NCBI GenBank assembly: GCA_951406725.2 | Contig: OX597824.1 | Coordinates: forward strand, 82,522,001-82,586,000 | Source of the DNA: Octopus vulgaris | Taxonomy: Eukaryota | DNA length: 64,000 bases | Direction of reading: 5' to 3' | Part shown: in pieces, positions 1-13,295 of the stretch | Position numbering within the stretch: position 1 is the stretch's first letter | How the letters are laid out: the number at the start of each line of letters is the position of its first letter | Program-made: the position numbers and the translations under genes | The notes under the pieces: model-generated | Database searches by the model: none | What the model saw: only the letters and a program-made list of their open reading frames with translations | Told to the model about the DNA's origin: nothing

Positions 1-613
<613 letters not shown>

Positions 614-637
614 AACAAACACACACAAATATATATA

Positions 638-883
638 TTCTTTCATTCTTTTACCTGTTTCTGTCATTTTGACTGAAGCACCGTCTTTATTCGAGCAAAT
701 CGACCCCAGAACATATTCTTTGTAAGCCTAGCACTTGTTCTATCGGTCTCTCTTTTGCCGAACCGCTAGATACGTGGACGTAAGCACACCAACATCGATT
801 GTCAAGCGATGTTTGGGGGACACACACACACATGCATGCATACATACATACGTACATCCATCCATCCATCTATACATACATAT

Positions 884-939
<56 letters not shown>

Positions 940-1091
940 GGGCTTCTTTCAGTTTCCGTCTACCAAATCCACTCACAAGGCTTTGGTCAGCCCGAGGCTA
1001 TAGGAGAAGACACTTGCCCAAGGAGCCACGCAATGGGACTGAACCCGCAGCCATGTGGCTGGTAAGCAAGCTACCTACCACACAGCCAGTC

Positions 1092-1095
<4 letters not shown>
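638..1095 (-). mobile_element. tRNA-derived SINE family A, near full length
   Basis: Head with A-box/B-box-like motifs, CCTTGGGCAAGT-type central domain, internal (TA)n, and tail. Many copies in the window (e.g. 19690, 32343, 51513, 53390, 54680). Confidence 0.85.
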
Positions 1096-1158
<63 letters not shown>

Positions 1159-1284
1159 TGTATATATATGTAATATAATATATGTAATATATGTAATATA
1201 TATGTAATATGTAATATATATATGTAATATAATATAATATTATATGTAATATAATATATATGTATATATATGTAATATAATATG

Positions 1285-2130
1285 TGACAGTTTACACTTG
1301 GCCAAGATCTTCCAATGAATATTGTAATTGACACCTTTTTCTTTTAAGGACCATACATGACTGGATAATTTGGTCGTTTTTCTTTTATCCCAGTGTCAGA
1401 AGCTCAAGGTGTGATTGTTGAACCTGGCTTCAAAATTCCCCTCTGTGAGACCCACATTTTTCTTTGACGAAACTATGTCCTTAGTGGTTGTAGAGTCTAC
1501 GGTGGTTTCATAAATGATGGTCTCGGACATACAAACTCCATTTTGCGGGCACAAATTTTTATCCCCGCTTGGACAGCTGGTTTCATTTTGTTGTTTTTGT
1601 GTGTTGTGTGCGATTATATTTCTAAAATTAGTAGTTGAGCTAAAACTGATTTTTTAAGTTATGTCTATTGAAGAGCTTTCTGTAACTATGATTGATCTGA
1701 AAATGCCTATCTATAAATGATAAGAAATATTTATCTATATTAAGGGTCACTTCGGGGAAATAAGGGGGTGTGAACCAGATAGTTTTCCTATTTCTATGTT
1801 TCCTTTTCTTTATTATAGGACTGGTAACAAGTGTATAGGTTATTTCCTCGCTAAATCCACTAACTTTTGGAGCATTATTATATACTGGGGCAACACTATT
1901 AAAATGTCTCTATCGGAGGAGAAGCCAAAAATTCATTTCCTAATGTTGTTAACTAAATTTTTAAACACTATGGGGGGGGGGAACCTATATTAATATAACT
2001 ATGTCTATCGTTCGGCTTCCTATAAGGTTTGTAAGTATTCTTATTTAAATCTAAGGATACATCTAGGAAATTGACAACTGTTAGGTTGATATCTGTAGTT
2101 ATGTTAAGACCGAAAGTTTTCATCATTTGG
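1285..2130 (-). pseudogene. Decayed Penelope-like element ORF (RT C-terminus/thumb plus GIY-YIG endonuclease)
   Basis: Manual minus-strand translation across stops and frameshifts: FGLNITTDINLTVVNFLDVSLDLNKNTYKPYRKPND; RKTIWFTPPY; FLSFIDRHF...KLFNRHNLKISFS; CPQNGVCMSETIIY...VGLTEGNFEARFNNHTLSF*...LSSHVWSLKEKGVNYNIHWKIL. Flanked by TA-rich repeats. Confidence 0.85.
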
Positions 2131-2204
2131 ATATATATATATATAGGCGCAGGAGTGGTTGTGTGGTTTGTAGCTTTTCAAGACATTTACTACACAAGGC
2201 ATAA

Positions 2205-2268
<64 letters not shown>

Positions 2269-2792
2269 ATATGTATATATATATATATATACTGACAGGA
2301 TAGGTACTACGCTTACAAAAAATAAATCCCGGAGTCGACTTGTTCGACTAGAGGCGGGGCTCCAGCGCGGCATCGGTCAAATGACTGAAACAAAAAAAAA
2401 AATAAAAGAATATATATATGTATATTATACGTATATTCCCTTATTCTTTCATTCTTTTATATACATACGCATGTGTATATGAATATACAGAAAAGCACAC
2501 ACGTTAACTGCTCCTTCTAATAACGTTTTCATGCCCGTATATGTCTCTGTATATTTTTATATATAACATCGTATTATTCAAAGAAAATACTCTCGTTTGT
2601 CGACCCAATGAAGGGTATTAACTACCAAGGTGGTGCAAGTACTCCCCACATGAAATCAATGCAAGATATATATAATATATATATACATATAATATATACA
2701 CACATATATATATATATGTAATATATATATACATATAATATATACATATATATATATAATATACATATATATATAATATAAAATAAATAAAT

Positions 2793-3042
2793 GCGCCCTT
2801 TTTAAAGCTTAGCCAGACTCATGGGCCCGGTTTCCCGGTTTCTATGGCGTATGTGTTCCTCAGCTGGACGGGACGCCAGTCCATCGCAGCGTTACTCAGT
2901 TTTGTCAGCTGAGTGGACTGGAGCAACGTGAAATGAAGTGTTTTGCTCAAGAACACAACGCGCCGCCCGGTCCAGGAATCGGAATCGAAACCACAATCTT
3001 ACGATCATGGTGCTGACATCCTAACCACTAAACTATGCGCCT

Positions 3043-3044
<2 letters not shown>
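2793..3044 (-). mobile_element. tRNA-derived SINE with GATGGACTGGCGTCCCGTCCAG domain (family B2)
   Basis: Shares the central domain and 3' tail with copies at 9714-9979, 25955-26254 and 44718-45016. Confidence 0.7.
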
Positions 3045-3107
<63 letters not shown>

Positions 3108-3122
3108 ATATATATATATAAT

Positions 3123-3223
<101 letters not shown>

Positions 3224-3401
3224 CAACGAGCTTCTTTCAGTTTCTGTCAACCAAATCCACTCACAAAGCGATTGGTCAGATTGCGGTTAGAGTAGAAGAC
3301 ACTTGCCGAAGGTTCCACGCAGTGGGACTGAACCCGGAACCTTGTAATTCGTACCATACACCCGTATATATACATACATTTAGGTTTAACTGGCTGAGCA
3401 A

Positions 3402-3473
3402 GGTCCCATGGTGTAATGGTTAGCACTCTGGACTTTGAATCCAGCGATCCGAGTTCGAATCTCGGTGGGACCT
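3402..3473 (+). tRNA. tRNA-Gln (anticodon TTG)
   Basis: 72-nt cloverleaf: acceptor GGTCCCA/TGGGACC, anticodon arm CTGGA-CTTTGAA-TCCAG (TTG at 3435-3437), T arm CCGAG-TTCGAAT-CTCGG, and a downstream T run (Pol III terminator). Confidence 0.96.
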
Positions 3474-3850
3474 TAACTTATGCTAATTCTTTTTGACCAG
3501 GCTTTACTGTGTGGTTAAGAAGATTGTTTTGCTACCACGTTGCTGCGGGTTCTAATGCACCACATGGCACCTTGGTCAAGGGAGTTCTGGTATATTCCAA
3601 AGCCGAGCAATCCTTCGTTAGTGGATTTGGTAAACGGATACTCTGTGGAAGGTCATCATATGTGTATATGTGAATCTTTGTGTGTTTCTATGTCTGTTTC
3701 CACGCAGCTTGACAACCGGTGTTGGTTTGTTTATGTCCTGGTAAATTAGCAGTTCGGCGTTAGTGACCGATATAATATACACATATATACATTTAGGCGT
3801 CCGTACGGCGCTTAGAAAATAAATACTAATGTTAATTTGTTCGACTAAAC

Positions 3851-4018
3851 CAGTTGTTCGTAACCTTTTCACTACCAAGGACCCCTAATATTTAAATGAG
3901 TTTTTCCCACGGACCCCAGGATGTTGAAAGGTCTGTCTGCTTAACATGTTCACGGATTCCCCCACTGTTACCTTTGAGGAACACCAGGGGTCCGCGGCCC
4001 ACAGGCTGGCAACCACTG
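3851..4018. mobile_element. hAT-type MITE inserted in a SINE A copy
   Basis: Exact 8-bp TSD GACTAAAC (3843-3850 and 4019-4026); imperfect TIRs CAGTTGTTCGTAACC / GGCTGGCAACCACTG. Confidence 0.8.
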
Positions 4019-4185
4019 GACTAAACCTTTCAAGACATAGGTGCCCAAGTCTTATGACAGAAACACGTAAAAGCTGTGTGTGTGTATGTGTGTTTTTTTA
4101 GAGAGAGAGAGAGAGAGAGAGAGTGTGTGTGTGCGAGTGAGTGCGTGTAAGAGAAAAAGAGAGAGAGTGTGTGTGTGTGTGTGTG

Positions 4186-4220
<35 letters not shown>

Positions 4221-4231
4221 TGAGTAGAAGT

Positions 4232-4580
4232 TGAGACCCCCTTCGGTCGTGACTGGCCATGGAATTGCACCTAGAATGTTGCCCTCCCAAGCACAAGTCC
4301 AATCAAGGTTGTTTTATGGAAGGCCAGCAGTCACCCATGCACACCGGCCTCACCTCTCCACGCCACCAGTGTTATCCAAGGGAAAGACAAAGGCCGATAC
4401 GGCTGAGTGAACTGCAGCAACGTGAAATAAAGTGTCTTGCTCAAGAACACAACACGCAGCCCTGTCCGGGATTCGAACTCACAATCTCAGAACACAACAC
4501 GCAGCCTTGTCCAGGATTCGAACTCACAACCTCACGATCGTAAGCTCGACGCTCTAACCACTGAGCCATGCGCCTTCTCA
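4232..4580 (-). mobile_element. tRNA-derived SINE with 12-bp TSD and duplicated B-box segment
   Basis: TSD TTGAGTAGAAGT at 4220-4231 and 4581-4592; head GGCGCATGGCTCAGTGGTTAGAGCG; tandem repeat of about 45 bp containing GAGTTCGAATCC. Confidence 0.8.
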
Positions 4581-5193
4581 TTGAGTAGAAGTACACTCAC
4601 TAAATCTATATGACTCACTAAATCTTGCTTATTCAGATCTCGTAAGAAATATGCTGCCTTTGTTGACGAAGATATGTATTTGTAAGATATTAAAAGTCAC
4701 CTCATTTAACATTACAGCCACCTGCACTTTCGCTAGGTTTTGTCAAAGTCAGTCTTTTGTAAACAATCGGTTCAAGCAATAGGAAAAAATAAATGCATAT
4801 CAAATTTTTTTTAAATGATGCATAAATACAAATGAAATAATCAATATAAAAAAAAAACAAATGTAAAAAAAAATAAATCAGAAACAATAAGAATGACAAA
4901 TTATAATGGAATTTCCGAAAAACATCACAAAAAATAAAATAAAGATAATGGAGAGGAATATGACATCATACAGTAGCGCTAACCTGTTTTAGTATAAACC
5001 AGGTATGACAGCCTTTTCCAAGAAGCGGTTCATCATGAAGCGGACGACATCGTAAAAGTATTCAAGGCGACTTTACGTCAAGTGTGACTTTTAGAATATA
5101 TATAAAGATGTATATAAGTTCAGCAAAATTTAGATTCAGATTACAGGACTTTTTTATTGTCAGAAAATCTCTAGTAAGGCTTTTTGTATCGAT

Positions 5194-5235
5194 GTACCCG
5201 AAGAGACCCTGAACGGGTCGAAACATGTGTCGTAC
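5194..5235 (+). ncRNA. Minimal hammerhead ribozyme-like motif (U4C core) in a PLE terminal fragment
   Basis: gtac-CCGAAGA-gaccc(tgaac)gggtc-GAAA-catgtg-TC-gtac; (TA)n follows about 40 nt later. Confidence 0.7.
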
Positions 5236-5273
5236 CCAATAAAATATTTTACTCACTCCATCTATTTTATTAA

Positions 5274-5312
<39 letters not shown>

Positions 5313-5336
5313 TGCGTGTGTGTATGTGTGTGTACA

Positions 5337-5374
<38 letters not shown>

Positions 5375-6168
5375 TGTGTGTGTGTGTGTGTGTGTGTGTT
5401 TTTATATATAGGTGCAGGAGTGGCTATGTGGCTTCTTGCTTCCCAGCCACGTAGTTCCAGGTTCAGGCCCACTGCGTGGCACCTTGTACAAGTATTTTCT
5501 ACTATAGCTCCGAGCTGACCAAACATTAGTGAGTGGGTTTAGTACAAGGAAACTGAAAGAAGCCCGTCGTATATATATATATATACGACGAGCTTCTTCA
5601 TATATATATATATATATATATATATACATGTCTGTGTGTGTGTATTCATATTTTCCATTCTTTTCTTTAAAACCCTTTTTCTTTAAATAAGGCCGGTTGC
5701 CTGTTTTCCATATCATGTAGCGCTGTAGAGTGAAGGTAAACACTTTTGACGAGGGGGCGACAATCGATTACACCGCGTCCACCTCACTAGTACTCAAGTA
5801 CTTTATTTCAATGACCCCGAAGAGATGAGAGACTTAGACATAGAACTTAGAACTTAGACATTTGAAAATAACCCCAGTGTAATCGGTAGAACTATGCACA
5901 TATCTAATTTTATGAGGACAATTCGTGTATAGTTCTATAAATTATATTGAATTGGAACGATCGTACTGAAGAGTCCACGAACGATGATAACGTAAGTAAA
6001 ATTGTTAATGACGAAATCGGTCTACGATTAATTATGTATTTTGTATATTTTCATCTGTCTTACCCACTTATGTTTCTCTAGAGAACATTTTTTCCATTGT
6101 AGTTAGATCGTAGATGATCTTTTTGTAGCATATTGGATGTCCACTTAGTGGTCAACCCTTATTATACG

Positions 6169-6249
<81 letters not shown>

Positions 6250-6345
6250 CGGGAAGCTTTATGAAAATAAACAAAAGACGAAGGCAGGTGGAATACAAAC
6301 AAACAATTGTATTAGTATGGCGCTCAGGAATATAAATAAAACAAG

Positions 6346-6383
6346 TCTTTTACGTTTCGAGCCTACGCTCTTCAACAGAAAGA
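6346..6383 (-). ncRNA. Minimal HHR-like motif (A6U core) in a PLE terminal fragment (about 6250-6465)
   Basis: tcttt-CTGTTGA-A-gagc(gtag)gctc-GAAA-cg-TA-aaaga; related copies at 19312 and 26736; fragment flanked by (TA)n on both sides. Confidence 0.6.
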
Positions 6384-6504
6384 TACGCAGAAAAGAAACA
6401 CGGAAAGAAACAAGGAGAGAAAAAAAAAATGCGTGCAAAAGCTAGCGAATCAACATGGCGATCTAATATATATATATATATACAGTGGTTCTCCTACAAG
6501 AAAG

Positions 6505-6576
6505 GGTCTTATGGTGTAATGGTAAGCACTCTGGACTTTGAATCCAGCGATCTGAGTTCAAATCTCGGTAAGACCT
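6505..6576 (+). tRNA. tRNA-Gln (anticodon TTG), second isodecoder
   Basis: 72 nt; acceptor GGTCTTA/TAAGACC fully paired; anticodon arm identical to the 3402 copy; T arm CTGAG-TTCAAAT-CTCGG; T-rich terminator follows. Confidence 0.92.
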
Positions 6577-7039
6577 TTAATCTTTTATTTACTTTCTTTT
6601 TCTTTTTGTACTAGATATGGTTGTATGGTTAAGAAGTTTGTCTTGCAATCACTGTGTCTCGAGTTTTTTGCGTTCTGAGTTCAAAATCTGACGAGGTCAA
6701 CTTTGTCTCTCATCTCTTCGGGGTCAATGAAAAAGTATTTACCTTCAACCCTACAGCGCTACATGATATGGAAAACAGGTCACCGGCCTTATTTGTCCTA
6801 TGATTTAAGGAACGGTGCCCCAGCATGGCCACAGCTCAAGAGCTGAAACTGGAAAACATAAACAAAACATAAACACAAACAAGCGCAACTGTGCGAACAC
6901 ACATACACATACGAGACAGTGTTGCTGCATCTGGAGTCACAGATATCCTAGAGCAAATCCAAAAGAGACCCACCCGTCTGATTGTCATTCATTGTCACGT
7001 TGTCCGGGACCAAGTTCATGAAGCATGCTGTGTCCACTC

Positions 7040-8684
7040 TTCCCCTCTCTCTCTCTTACTATCTGCCTATCTATCCCTCCGTCTCTCTCTCTCTCTTTCG
7101 CTCTCTTTCTTTTCTATCTCTATCTCACTCTCTGTCTGTTTCTGTCTCCCTATCCCTCTTTCTCTCTCTCCGTCTCTCTCTTCCTTCCTCTCGTTCTTTC
7201 TCTCTCGTTCTCTTTTCTTCTCTCTTTCTCTTTCACTTTTCCTCACTCTCACTGTCTCTGTCTGTCTGATTCTCTCTCTCTTTCTCGCTCTCCATCTGTC
7301 TCTCCTTCTCTCCATCTCTCTCTCCCTCCGTCTTTCTCTCCCTTTCTCGCCCTCTGTCTCTCTCTCCCTCCTTCTCTCTCTCCCTTTCTCACCCTCTGTC
7401 TCTCTCTCATTCCCTCCCTCTCTCTCCTTCTTGCCCTCTGCTTTCTCCCGATCTCCCTCTCTTTCTCGCCCTCTGTTACTCTCTCCCTCCCCCTCTCTCT
7501 CTTTCTCGCCTACTGTCCCTCTCTCTCCCTCCTCCTCACTCTCTCTCCCTCCTCCTCTCTCTCTCTCTTCTCTCTCTATCCTTCCAAGTGGTTGGTCTCA
7601 CGTCACCTCTATTCGTGTTTCCCCGTCCCAGCTGCCTCTCCTCTCCACATTATTCCTCTTTTGTCCAAAGGGCCTCTATGGTGGAGCTAAAGTGTGTGTC
7701 ACCGGGGCACTCCAAACCTATACAGGCTTATACACTAAACCCAAAAGTGCCGCACCCATAAAAGCATCTCTTCCTCACGCCCCAGCCCGCCAAGCTACGC
7801 TGTAAAATCACCTCGGCCGTGAACCAGCATGGTCACGGACCACGGTAGAAATAGCAGCTAAATCTCTTAGATATCACCCTTATCACTATGCCGTCTATCC
7901 TATCACGATCATCACCACCAAACACTACCACCATCATCAACATCACCCCCACCCCCACTCGAGTCAGCACCCACACCACACCCTGATGACCTTCGGTACA
8001 CACAAGGTACGTGACACACGTGAGCTGAATCCGTATTATATGTTTGTTTGACATGTGAGCAGATTATGAGTGGTGGTGGCGGCCGGTGGTGGCGGTGGTG
8101 GCGGCGATGTGGTGGTCATGGTAGCGGCGGCGGCGGCGGTAGTGGTGGTGGCGGCGGTGGTGGTGGTGGCACGGTGGTGGCGGCAGTGGTGGTGGTGGCA
8201 CGGTGGTGGCGGCGGTGTTGGTGGTGGCACGGTGGTGGCGGCGGTGGTGGTAGTGGTGGTGGTGGTGGTGGTGGTGGTGGTGGTGGTGGTGGCGGTGGTG
8301 GTGGTGGTGGTGGCGGCGGTGCTGGGGGTGGCCACGGTGGAGGCGGTGGTAGGGTTGTAATCGTAATAGTGGTGGTGGTGGTGGTGGTGGTGGTGGTGGT
8401 GATGGTCGTCGTAGTCATGGTGGTTGTGGTGGTGGCGGTGTTGGTGCTGCTGACGGTGATGGAGATGGTAGTGGTGATAGTAGTAGTGATAGTAGTAGTA
8501 GCAGTAGCAGCAACGGTTGTGGTGGTGGTGGTGCTGTTGCCATTTTTTTCGGTGTTTTCGCAATCTTCTTGTTCTTGTTAATCTCTTTACACCTGTTTGA
8601 TTGCCTTTCTGTTACTGCTGCAGTTGCCGCTGTTGTTGCAGTCCTTCTTCTTTTCCGTCTCCTCCTTCTTTGTCTTCTTCTTTT

Positions 8685-8716
<32 letters not shown>

Positions 8717-8924
8717 TTCTTCTTCTTCTTCTTCTTCTTCTTCTTCTTCTTCTTCTTCTTCTTCTTCTTCTCATTCTTCTTCATCATCATCATCATCGTC
8801 TTCTTCTTCTTCTTCTTCTTCTTCTTCTTCTTCTTCTTCTTCTTCTTCTTCTTCTCATTATTATTATTATTATTATCACCATCATTATTATTATTATCAT
8901 TATTATTATTATTATTCAGGTCAC

Positions 8925-8970
<46 letters not shown>

Positions 8971-9005
8971 TCGGATGATATTGATTGATGATGATGATTA
9001 TGATG
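7040..9005. repeat. Low-complexity block: degenerate (CT)n, (GGT)n, (CTT)n and (ATT/AAT)n with short unique spacers
   Basis: Read directly from the sequence; source of the poly-Ser/Leu, poly-Gly/Val and poly-Arg/Lys ORFs. Confidence 0.95.
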
Positions 9006-9590
9006 ATTAGGAAGACGGCAAAAAATTTAAGCAATTTCAAAGGGAATGAAAAAATAAAAACTTTTACCTTTTTTTTATGGTTATACCTATAGGTTTCGGA
9101 TTTTTTTGGTAAATAAAATAAAATAATTTAATTTACCAGGCAAATCCTTTTCAGTAACCGAGCCTACCCAAGACTAACTTATAATTCTCTTTATGTTTAA
9201 ATGTACACCATTTTATATTGAATAATATGTCGTCTATTGACTTTTTATGCATGCTAGGCCACTGGTAGTGAAATTTGTAAACATTTATTACCCTATATAG
9301 ATATCTAAGTATCGATAATAGCTTTTGAAAGTTCATTTCGGCATTTTTCATTTTCTGCCGACTGAAACTACGCTTGCGTAGTGGATTTTGAAAAGATTAT
9401 AGCATATGAGATGAGTTAGTCTTAGATGGATCGGTTACTTAGATGGATTTGCCTGGTAAATTAAATTATTTTATTTTATTTACTAAAAAATCTGAAACTT
9501 ATAGGTATAACCATAAAAACAAGGTAAAAATTTTAATTTTTTCATTCCCTTTGAAATCGCTTAAATTTTTTTGTGGTCTTCGGTCGTTTT
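9005..9590. mobile_element. MITE/foldback element with long TIRs (about 140-175 bp)
   Basis: 9005-9148 is the reverse complement of 9445-9590 (e.g. TTATGGTTATACCTATA / TATAGGTATAACCATAA), and 9151-9180 matches 9413-9440. Confidence 0.8.
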
Positions 9591-9713
9591 GACTATCCCC
9601 TAACGTGTAGAAATTGCCTCTTATTGGTAATTTCTCTTTGTGTTTAAATGTACACTCACAAGTCTTTGGTCGGCCCGAGGCTATAGTAGAAGACACTTGC
9701 CCAAGGTGCCATG

Positions 9714-9979
9714 TTTGTCCCTTCTCGAATCATGCCTGGCTCATATGGGCCGGTTTCCCGGTTTCTTGGCGTATAGGTTCCCCACCTGGATGCAGGAAGA
9801 AAGAGTGAGAGAAAGTTGTGGCGAAAGAGTCAGCAGAAGTATCGCCATTACCTTCTGCCGGAGCCGCGTGGAGCTTAGGTGTTTCGCTCATAAACACACA
9901 AATCGTCCGGTCTGAGATTCGAACCTGCGATCCCTCGACCGCGAGTCCGCCGCTCTAACCACTAGGCCATGTGCCTCCA
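9714..9979 (-). mobile_element. SINE B2 nested inside a SINE A copy (9650-10060)
   Basis: 12-bp TSD CAAGGTGCCATG (9702-9713) / CAAGGTACCATG (9980-9991); the SINE A sequence resumes after the insert. Confidence 0.85.
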
Positions 9980-10059
9980 CAAGGTACCATGCAGTGAGAC
10001 TGAACTCAAAACCATGTAGTTGGTAAGCAAGCTACTTACCACACAGCCACGCTTGCGCC

Positions 10060-10161
<102 letters not shown>

Positions 10162-10666
10162 CCTATACATGTGCACACTTCTCTGCAGGTGTTAGAATTT
10201 TAATGGTGGAACCCTTGAATCCTGGTTAGCAAACGGTTCTTTCGCATTTGGCAAGACATCTAGGACTAAAACTAAACAATTCTTTTCCTGAACACTTTAA
10301 GTTCTGAGTTCAAATTCTGCCGGGGCTGGATTTGCCTGAATCGATATAACGGGTACCAGTACTGGGGTCGATGTAAACGAATTAATCTTCTCCCCTAAAT
10401 TGCTGGCGTTCCCCCAGAACTGGAAATCAATATCTGTCGCCTCGAAAGGCAGTGAGCTGGCAGAACTGTTACCGTACCGGACAAAAGGCTTAGCAGCATT
10501 TCGTCCGTCTTTACGTTCTGAGTTCAAATTCCGTTGAGGTCGACCTAGCCTTTGATTCTTGCTCGATCGATAAAATAAGTATCTGTTGAGCACAGGTGGT
10601 CTGGTGGTTAAATCGTTGCACTCACAATCGCTAGATCGCTGGATAGATTCCCGGACAGGGCTGCAC

Positions 10667-10703
<37 letters not shown>

Positions 10704-10743
10704 GGAGGTAGAAATAGCAAAGACGTTTTTCTAAGACATTTCA

Positions 10744-11030
10744 ATTTAAGAGAGAATTTAATAAAAATGATTTTTTTTAAAATTATATAAAGAAAATATA
10801 TTACCAGCTTCGATGTATTTTATCTTATCAAATATCAGTAGAAAGTTATAAAAAATTAAAATAAAAACAGTTTATCTTCTGTCTGCTGGGAGTCAAGAAT
10901 AGAGAAAAGATAAATTGTTTTTACTTCAGATTTTAATAAATTTTTAATATTTGATGAGATACATCGAAACCTGTAATATTTTAAAAATTAAAAATTTTGC
11001 ATTATGTAGCTTGTTATTCTCTTTAAGTTA
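10744..11030. mobile_element. Inverted pair of PLE terminal repeats, each with an HHR-like motif
   Basis: Plus strand 10946-10980: aatat-TTGATGA-gat(ac)atc-GAAA-cctg-TA-atatt. The diverged inverted copy at about 10797-10835 has a TTGATAA core. Confidence 0.6.
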
Positions 11031-11034
11031 GCGA

Positions 11035-11295
11035 TACAGCAGTCAAAAAATCGTAAAAAGTAGGGATTTTCATAGAAAAAAAGGACCTTTTTGTTGTAAA
11101 TAATTTTTTGGTCTTAACATGGTCCGATTTGAATTTTATCTCCTACGGAATACAGAGCAAGCCTTCTTCTATCATATTCTCAATTTTGGTCAACTTGTGC
11201 CCCAGGGTCTCGGAGGAGATAGTGTTAGTTGAAGGCTACCAAACCTGCCACACTGACAACTTCAGCTTTATATATAAAGATTTGCTTAGTATAGA
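11035..11295 (+). mobile_element. Possible non-autonomous Helitron/Helentron (HINE-like) end
   Basis: Ends CAATTTTGGTCAA...GGTCTCGGAGGAG...GACAACTTCAGCTTTATATATAAAGAT, resembling DINE/HINE-type termini; pattern recognition only. Confidence 0.35.
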
Positions 11296-11768
11296 TCTTT
11301 AATCTTTTAACAACTATATATATATATATATATACATACACAGAAGTAAGTACTGGGGGCAATTTGTCCGTCAACACTCTTCATAGCATTGCTCCAGCAT
11401 GGTTGCAGTCCGATGACTGTAACAAGTAAACAATGAAAAATAAAATATATGTCTGTGTGTGCCTAAAGAAGAAGGAGAAGAAGAAGAAGAAGAAGAAGAA
11501 GAAGAAGAAGAAGAAGAAGAAGAAGAAGAAGAAGAAGAAGAAGAAAACGGAAAAGAAGATGATGATGATGTCTCTTGGCATGAGGCTCTAAATGAAATCG
11601 AACGTGTCAATGACGTTTCATTGTTCAATAAAACGAGGTTAGTTTCCTTTAACAATATGGCCACTTTAATTTAGTCGTTATGAACAAACAAGATTTTGGG
11701 TGAAACCTGTTTTTAGAAAGATTCTACGGGTGATAAGAATAGACTACGTGACACTTAGATGTCTTTAT

Positions 11769-11843
11769 GGCTATATATGGGTGTGCATCCGTGTTTGCAA
11801 GTGCGTATGTGTATATGTATGTGTGTATATGTATGCGTGTACG

Positions 11844-11928
<85 letters not shown>

Positions 11929-11935
11929 GTATACT

Positions 11936-11986
<51 letters not shown>

Positions 11987-12074
11987 CATGTATATTTATT
12001 ATATATACGTATATTTCCATGTGTGTATATATGCATGCCTAATTATCTGTTTGCATGGCTGTATGTATGCTTGC

Positions 12075-12105
<31 letters not shown>

Positions 12106-12883
12106 TGTATGTATGTATGTATGTATGTATGTATGTATGTATGTATGTATGTATGTATGTATGAAAGTATGTATGTATGTATATGTGTGTAAGTTTATAT
12201 ATGTATCGTTGTATACTCGTATGTATGTATGTATGTATGTATATATATATATAGGTGTGTGTACTTATATATATATGCATGTATATACATATATATATAT
12301 ATATATATCAATACAGGTATATTTATATACATACGTACATGCATAAATACATACATAAATACATACATACATAAATAAATAAATACATACATACATACAT
12401 ACATACATACATACATACATACATACATACATACATACATACACTGATTGTACATCCGTTGATTGTACATGATTGTTCGTGTATATATGTATAAATGATT
12501 GTATTTTTATGAGTATGCATACTCTGTTCTATAGTCGTGTGAATGTGCGTACGTAAGTTTTTGTTTGGGAATAATAAAAGTTTTTCCTTTACAGAATCTA
12601 GTCAGGTCACCAACAAAGCGACAAGATACTTTTGTTCAAGTCTGGATTTTTGTGGTCGCACGAATTATTTGCAAGTGTTTGAATATATCTCAGGGTTTGT
12701 GCGCATGCGTATGTACGTATGTATGTATGTATGTATGTATGTATGTATGTATGTATGTATGTATGTATGTACGTACGTATGTATGTATGTATGTATGTAT
12801 GTGTATGTAAGTATATATGTGTCTAAGTACGTATGTATGTATGTATATACGTATGTATGTATGTATGTATGTATGTACGTATG

Positions 12884-12947
<64 letters not shown>

Positions 12948-13136
12948 TATACATATATATATATGTATACATATATTATATACATACAAACATACACACA
13001 TATACATACATACATGTGCAAGCATACATACAGCCATACAAACATAGATGATTAGAAACACATATATACACACATAAAAAATATACATATATAATGAATA
13101 TACATGTATATAAAATATATATGTGTGTGTGTGTGA

Positions 13137-13184
<48 letters not shown>

Positions 13185-13247
13185 GTATAGGTACACACAT
13201 ACATATACACATACGCACATACAAACACGGATGCACACACATATATA

Positions 13248-13250
<3 letters not shown>
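11769..13250. repeat. Large (about 1.5 kb) imperfect inverted duplication with microsatellite-rich arms
   Basis: GGCTATATATGGGTGTGCATCCGTGTTTG (11769) versus CAAACACGGATGCACACACATATATAGCC (ending 13250); TGGCTGTATGTATGCTTGCA versus TGCAAGCATACATACAGCCA; unique core about 12440-12710. Confidence 0.8.

Positions 13251-13292
<42 letters not shown>

Positions 13293-13295
<3 letters not shown>

Noticed and set aside
6891-7805. 304-aa ORF
   Set aside because: Mostly degenerate (CT)n giving Ser/Leu repeats; no recognisable domain.
8036-8988. Gly-, His-, Arg- and Leu-rich ORFs (also 15840-16385, 28733-29578 and 35840-36359)
   Set aside because: Trinucleotide microsatellites that are open in several frames on both strands.
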